Positions 58,741 through 64,000 of a stretch of DNA of 64,000 nucleotides are shown piece by piece (position 1 is the first letter of the stretch; each line of letters opens with the position of its first letter). The notes beneath the pieces are model-generated. The model had not been told where the DNA came from. It did no database searches and saw only the letters and a list, made by a program, of their open reading frames with translations. Both the position numbers and the translations under genes were made by a program. Origin of the DNA: Candidatus Eiseniibacteriota bacterium (GTDB taxonomy: Bacteria > Eisenbacteria > RBG-16-71-46). The DNA lies in the NCBI GenBank assembly GCA_963744995.1, contig CAVUWA010000004.1:160001-224000 (forward strand), in the 5' to 3' direction.

Positions 58741-61263
58741 ATGTCCGGGCTACGTCGCGCAGGCCCTTCGGTTCTCGCGTCCGCACCTCTCGCAGCCCTG
58801 ATGATCGCGGGCTCCATCCTGATTCCACCTCACGCGGCCCTGGCCTACACGGTCTCCGCGCGGACCGACTACGCGGCGGGCCTGCAGCCGATCGCCTCGA
58901 CGTCCGCCGACATCGACTGGGACGGGGACCAGGACCTCGCGGTCGCCAGCTTCGGCTCGAACAGCGTGAGCGTGCGTCTCAACGACGGCGCCGGCAACTT
59001 CGGGGCCGCGGTCGACTATCCGGTGGGCCTCGGGCCCTACGACGTGGTGTTCACGGACGTGAACGGCGACGGCCGGCCGGACCTGGCGACGGCGAACTAC
59101 TGGGCCGCGACCGTGTCGGTGCTGGTCAACGACGGCGCCGGCGGCTTCCTGCCGAAGGTGGACTACCCCTGCACCGACCTGCCGACCGGGATCGCGACCG
59201 CGGACCTCAACGGCGACGGCAAGTGGGACATCGTCGTCGCGAACTACTGGATCGCCAGGGCATCGGTGCTTCTCAACGACGGTGCCGGCGGGCTCGGCGC
59301 GCCGACGGCGTTCACGACCGGTGCGGGGCCCGAGAACGTCGCGCTGCGTGATCTGGACGGCAACGGCTCGCCCGACCTGGTGACGTGCAACTCCGATGCG
59401 AACTCGGTCTCGGTTCTGATCAACAACGGCGCGGGCGCGTTCGGCCCGAAGACCGACTATCCGACCGGCCAGCTGCCGTACTGCGTCGTGATCGGCGACG
59501 TGGACAACGACGGCGATCAGGACGTGGTGACGGCCAACTACACCGACAGCTCGATCTCGGTGTTCCTGAACGACGGCTCGGGTGCGCTCGGCGCGAAGAA
59601 CGACTTCGCCGCGGGCGCGGGCGCGACGTGGCTGAAGCTCGTGGACGTGGACCTCGACCGCCGGCTCGACGTCGTGGTGTCGGACTACGATGTCGCCGCC
59701 GCCGCGGTGCTGCACGGCGACGGCACGGGCGCCTTCACACTGGCGGGGAACTTCGCCACGGGGGTCGAAGCCTGGGGCATCCACGTCGCCGACTTCAATC
59801 GGGACGGCGTCGTCGACGTGGCCGTCGCGAACTACGGCGCGGGGACGGCGTCGGTGCTGCTCGGCGACCTGCCGGGCGGGTTCGCGGTGGGGGACACCGC
59901 GGTGGCTTTCAAGGCGCTGGACCAGGACGGCAACGAGCGTTCGCTCTCCGAGTTCGCGGGCAAGTGGGTCCTGCTCGATCTGATGGCCTTATGGTGTCCG
60001 CCCTGTAACCAGATGGCCCTCTCGTCGCAGCAGGCGTACGACTCGTGGGTGGGTCATCCCACCGTCAGCTTCGAGTACCTGACCGCCATGGTGCAGGGCG
60101 CAATCGTCGGGCCGAGCACGCAGACGCAGGCACAGAACTGGCGCTGCAGGTACAACCTCTCGCGACCCATTCTGCAGGATGACGGCAAGTATCCGAACAC
60201 GCTGGACTCGTATTTCGAGGGCATCGACGGCACCGCGTTCCCGACGCTGGTGGTGATCGATCCGCAGGGGATCATTCGACAGGTCGTCCTCGGAGCGCTG
60301 GAGGGGCAGGACCTCGTCAACGCCATCGCCTCGCTTGCGGGTGTCGCCGCGCCGCCGCTCGCGCCCACGCCGGCATCGCTGTGCGGGCCGCCGCCGGATC
60401 CCACGCCCGTGGGCGGGGTGAAGTCGGTCTGGGCGCCGCTCTCCTCGGTGTCGTCCATTCAGATTGGCTATGGCGGCTCGACTTCCACGTCGCCGCTCGA
60501 TGGTGCTTACGATCTCGATCCGGTGAGCCGGCTGCTGGAATTCGACCTCTTCGACGTGTCGCCAGGCGGGGTGAACGCCCCCTACGCGCAGATCCAGGCG
60601 CAGGTGGATTCGCTCACCGGCATCGAGTCCATGTTCCTCGCGTTTCTGCGGCTCGACGGGTACGACATCGCCGTGGCGCAGCCCTACACCTTGCGGCTGA
60701 CCGGCATGACCTGGCCCGACGGGCTGGAGCGCATGCTGGTCACGCCCACGAATCCCGTGCTCTTCACCTACTACATCACGAACCACGACATCTCCGGCGA
60801 TCAGACGGCCATCGGCACGCCGCTCACGCCCGCGCTGTCGTATTTCGGCGGCCAGCTCGATATCGACTCGTTCGATCTGTCGACCGTCCCCGGGTTGCAG
60901 CCCGAACCGTGGGCGTGGCTGATCTCGCAGGTGAACTTCGTGCACACGGTGACGCTGGACGTCGCCGGTGGTTCGGTGGCTGCGGGGCGGCTTCGCATGG
61001 GCGCACCGTGGCCGAATCCGGCGGGGTCGGCCACGCAGTTGCGCTGGGCGCTGCCGGTGGCGGCGCGGGCCGAGGTCGAGATCATCGACGTCCAGGGCCG
61101 GCGCGTGCGCCAGCTGTTCGACGGCGTGCGCGAAGCCGGCCCGCAGGTGACGAGCTGGGATCTCACCGATGACGCGGGGCGCCGCGTGCGCAGCGGGGTC
61201 TATTTCGCGCGCGTGCGCGCGGGCGGGGAAGCCGCCGTCACCCGGATCGCCGTGATGAAGTAG
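58741..61263 (+). CDS. Secreted FG-GAP/VCBS repeat + thioredoxin-like (TlpA) + FlgD-like tail protein
   Basis: CAGGAG RBS; signal peptide; DxNGDGxxDL repeats; LSEFAGKWVLLDLMALWCPPC...FPTLVVIDPQG; PWPNP...DVQGRRV...SGVYF. Confidence 0.85.
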   Translation: MSGLRRAGPSVLASAPLAALMIAGSILIPPHAALAYTVSARTDYAAGLQPIASTSADIDWDGDQDLAVASFGSNSVSVRLNDGAGNFGAAVDYPVGLGPYDVVFTDVNGDGRPDLATANYWAATVSVLVNDGAGGFLPKVDYPCTDLPTGIATADLNGDGKWDIVVANYWIARASVLLNDGAGGLGAPTAFTTGAGPENVALRDLDGNGSPDLVTCNSDANSVSVLINNGAGAFGPKTDYPTGQLPYCVVIGDVDNDGDQDVVTANYTDSSISVFLNDGSGALGAKNDFAAGAGATWLKLVDVDLDRRLDVVVSDYDVAAAAVLHGDGTGAFTLAGNFATGVEAWGIHVADFNRDGVVDVAVANYGAGTASVLLGDLPGGFAVGDTAVAFKALDQDGNERSLSEFAGKWVLLDLMALWCPPCNQMALSSQQAYDSWVGHPTVSFEYLTAMVQGAIVGPSTQTQAQNWRCRYNLSRPILQDDGKYPNTLDSYFEGIDGTAFPTLVVIDPQGIIRQVVLGALEGQDLVNAIASLAGVAAPPLAPTPASLCGPPPDPTPVGGVKSVWAPLSSVSSIQIGYGGSTSTSPLDGAYDLDPVSRLLEFDLFDVSPGGVNAPYAQIQAQVDSLTGIESMFLAFLRLDGYDIAVAQPYTLRLTGMTWPDGLERMLVTPTNPVLFTYYITNHDISGDQTAIGTPLTPALSYFGGQLDIDSFDLSTVPGLQPEPWAWLISQVNFVHTVTLDVAGGSVAAGRLRMGAPWPNPAGSATQLRWALPVAARAEVEIIDVQGRRVRQLFDGVREAGPQVTSWDLTDDAGRRVRSGVYFARVRAGGEAAVTRIAVMK

Positions 61264-61285
61264 CCGCCGGTCGTCTCGACGGTCC

Positions 61286-61320
61286 GCGGCCGCGGTCATC
61301 GCCCGGGTGACCGCGGCCGC
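61286..61320. terminator. Hairpin between convergent genes
   Basis: Perfect 13-bp stem gcggccgcggtca / tgaccgcggccgc, 9-nt loop, no U-tract. Confidence 0.6.
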
Positions 61321-61362
61321 GCCGTCTTCGGGGACGTCATGCGTGACGCCGACCGGTGCTTT

Positions 61363-64000
61363 CTATCGCGCCGGCAGGGCGTTCAGCACGACGGTGATCT
61401 TCGGCGCCGGAGGCGCCCCCGCGGGCAGCAGGTAGAGCATGCGCCGCCCATCGTGGGCGCGCGTCACCCCCGTGAAATCCTTCGGCAGCGCGATGGCGGG
61501 GTGGCCGGGGCCGAGGCGAAACTCGGAACCGGGCAGAATGTCCGCTTCGAACACCGTGTTGGGGGCAGAACTGTCCACGTAGAGCATTCGCTTGCCGTCG
61601 ATCGACCAGATGGCACGTCCGCCACCTCGGGTCGTGACCTGGTACTTGCTCCCTGGAGCAGGGAACGACTGAACGTAGCCTTCGACCTGGCCGGTTTCGT
61701 CGGACTGGTAGGCGAGCCACCGGCCGTCGGGCGACACGTTGCCGTTGGTCTCGTTGAAACGTGTCCGCAGGTAGGGAACGGGCTCGCGCCCCTTCTCCAG
61801 CGGCAGCACCCACAGATCCCACTGGGTCACCGGATCCTGTCGCCCGAACACAAGCGACTTGCCATCCGGCGTCCAGCCGTAGAGGCGCTTGAAGAGCGGA
61901 TCCGATTGGAGGAACGTGTCGGTGCGGTTGCCATCGATCTCCTTCACCTTGAGCACCTGAGGTGAGCCGACGACCAGATACATGTAGGCGATTCGGCTTC
62001 CGTCGGGAGACCAGGTGGGGCTGGTGTTGGCGCCGGTCTCGTCGGTGAACCGCGTCGCCACGCCGCGCTCGAGGTCGGCGATCCAGATGTCCGACTCGTC
62101 GTTCGATTCGTTCCGCACGAGCGCCACGCGCCGGTCATCCGGAGACAGAGCGAGTGTTTCGTAGGGCCCGGGTGGGACCGCGATCCTGCCCAGCTCGCGG
62201 CCCTGGTAGTCCATCCATGCGAGTCGCATGTCGGCCCTGACGGTCGTGACGTAGGCCAGTGCACCGGTGGCCGAGGCCGACACCTGCGGGCCGCCTGTGA
62301 ACTGTGTGAAGGCCGCCTCGTCTCCGAGCGGAGCGGGCTTGCCGCGCAGCTTCAGCCCGCGCGGGTCGAAGTCCTGGGCGACGAGCCTGCCGTTGCGCGC
62401 ATAGAGCAGCCGATCCGGCGGCTGGAAGGTCACGCCACTCGGGGCCGAGATCAGAAGTTTGCGCTCCTCCGACCCCAGTGTGCCGACGTAGGTGTCGATC
62501 TTGCCGTCGCGCGCCGGGAGCACGGAGAACAGGAAGTGCCTGCCGTCGGGGAGGAACTGCGGGAAGCGGTGGGCGGACTCGCCACGCGTCGAATCGAGAG
62601 TGGTCACGGGTTGAAGATCGCCGCCGCTGGCCGGGACCTGGAAGATCCGCCCGTTGGAATTGGGTGCGATCAGGATCACATCCGACGCGCTCCAGCTCCC
62701 GCCGCGCTGAAGCTTGACCGGGCACACGATCACGGGGTTGCCGCCCGTGAGCGCCACGCGCTGGAGCTTCTCCTCGGCGGTGAAGGCGATCTGCCGGCTG
62801 TCGGGTGACCAGAAGAAAGCGCCGTAGACCCGCTCGGTTCCCGCCAACCGCCGGGCCTTCGTATTGTCGAGCGACCGGATCCAGATGCCGGACACACCGC
62901 TCGAATCGAACGCCATGAACGCCAGGGTGCGCCCGTCCGGGGAGACCCGCGTCAGTGCCGCGTCAGGGCTCAGGAACGCACCGTCGGGTTGCATGACCTC
63001 GAAGCGCATCGTGGCGGGCGGCGCCGCGTGATGGAACAGACGCGGCGCCAGCAGCGTCACCGCCGCGGTGATCACCACCGCCGCCGCCACCCGCGCCCAG
63101 CCCACGAGCGCGCGCGGGCCCGCCTGGGCCGCGGCTGCGCGCATCGCCGAGCTGGAGGCGCGCACGGCCTGCACGTCCTCGATCTCGATTCGGGCATCGC
63201 CGATGTCGCGCAGACGGCGGCGGGCGTCCTTCTCGAGGCAGCGGCGCAGCAGGCCGCGGATCCGTTCCGGCGTTCCCGGCGGCAGGGCGTTCCAGTCCGG
63301 CTCGCCCTGCAGGATGCGCGCGATCATGTCCGACACGGTCTCGCCCGAAAACGCCTGCCGCCCGCTCAGGCACTCGTAGAGCAGGCAGCCGAACGACCAG
63401 ATGTCGGCGCGCTTGTCCACGGCGCGGCCGCGCGCCTGCTCGGGGCTCATGTAGGCCGCGGTGCCGAGAATGATGCCGGCGCCCGTGACGGCATGCGTCA
63501 TGGTCGGTGACTGCGACAGGTCGGGCGACGAGTCGCTCGCACTGCCGGCGGCCCCCTTGGCGAGACCGAAGTCGAGCACCTTGACCTCGCCCGCCGGCGT
63601 GACCTTCACGTTGCCCGGCTTGAGATCCCTGTGCACGACGCCGCCTTCGTGCGCCGCATCGAGGGCGGCCGCCACCTGGCGGCAGACGTCGAGCGTGTCG
63701 TCGAGCGACATGGGCCCGCGGGCGAGCCGGTCGGCGATCGTCTCGCCGTCCACGAATTCGAGTGCGAGGAAGCGATGGCCGTCCGCTTCTTCGATCCCGT
63801 AGATGCCGGCGATGTTGGGGTGGTTGAGCGAGGCGATCAGCCGCGCCTCGCGCTCGAAACGGGCGAGGCGTTCCGGGTCGGCGGCGAACGCCTCGGGCAG
63901 CACCTTGATCGCCACGCGCCGGTCGAGCTTCGTGTCGCGCCCGAGGTAGACGACGCCCATGCCGCCGCGTCCGACTTCGCGCTCGATCGGATACTGGCCG
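61363..64000 (-). CDS. Ser/Thr kinase with TolB/PD40 propellers, 5' end just beyond the window
   Basis: GRGGMGVVY, HRDLKPGN, DFGLAK, GTAAYMSPEQ; paralogous to 55385-58084. Confidence 0.92.
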   Translation of the reverse strand, partial: GQYPIEREVGRGGMGVVYLGRDTKLDRRVAIKVLPEAFAADPERLARFEREARLIASLNHPNIAGIYGIEEADGHRFLALEFVDGETIADRLARGPMSLDDTLDVCRQVAAALDAAHEGGVVHRDLKPGNVKVTPAGEVKVLDFGLAKGAAGSASDSSPDLSQSPTMTHAVTGAGIILGTAAYMSPEQARGRAVDKRADIWSFGCLLYECLSGRQAFSGETVSDMIARILQGEPDWNALPPGTPERIRGLLRRCLEKDARRRLRDIGDARIEIEDVQAVRASSSAMRAAAAQAGPRALVGWARVAAAVVITAAVTLLAPRLFHHAAPPATMRFEVMQPDGAFLSPDAALTRVSPDGRTLAFMAFDSSGVSGIWIRSLDNTKARRLAGTERVYGAFFWSPDSRQIAFTAEEKLQRVALTGGNPVIVCPVKLQRGGSWSASDVILIAPNSNGRIFQVPASGGDLQPVTTLDSTRGESAHRFPQFLPDGRHFLFSVLPARDGKIDTYVGTLGSEERKLLISAPSGVTFQPPDRLLYARNGRLVAQDFDPRGLKLRGKPAPLGDEAAFTQFTGGPQVSASATGALAYVTTVRADMRLAWMDYQGRELGRIAVPPGPYETLALSPDDRRVALVRNESNDESDIWIADLERGVATRFTDETGANTSPTWSPDGSRIAYMYLVVGSPQVLKVKEIDGNRTDTFLQSDPLFKRLYGWTPDGKSLVFGRQDPVTQWDLWVLPLEKGREPVPYLRTRFNETNGNVSPDGRWLAYQSDETGQVEGYVQSFPAPGSKYQVTTRGGGRAIWSIDGKRMLYVDSSAPNTVFEADILPGSEFRLGPGHPAIALPKDFTGVTRAHDGRRMLYLLPAGAPPAPKITVVLNALPAR

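Overview
GC-rich bacterial DNA. The host-like flanks (about 1-18.5 kb and 55.4-64 kb) encode large secreted repeat proteins with C-terminal FlgD/T9SS-like sorting tails, Hanks-type kinases with TPR or TolB-like repeats, an MFS transporter and small enzymes. Between them is a ~36.4 kb element integrated in tRNA-Leu(CAA): the intact tRNA is at 55138-55224 (minus strand) and its displaced 3' half at 18785-18841. The element encodes a tyrosine integrase, two excisionase-like HTH proteins, a primase and an AAA helicase. It also carries a lambda-like cos signature, a ParB-methylase, an HNH protein and small and large terminase, but no recognisable capsid, portal, tail or lysis genes. Its cargo is mostly defence-type: class I DISARM with an extra GIY-YIG gene, an AlbA_2/Schlafen-like protein, HEPN-like proteins, a Panacea-RelE-like pair, and a proteasome-beta-like protein next to a NYN RNase. 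The most unusual feature lies between terS and terL: a 6 kb array of unrelated genes separated by five 27-bp dyad sites (TGATAG-N15-CTATCA, four with an identical TTGCATAGAC core), resembling a gene-cassette array without an integron. Several genes have single-base frameshifts that may be sequencing errors. All calls come from reading motifs by eye; no searches were run.
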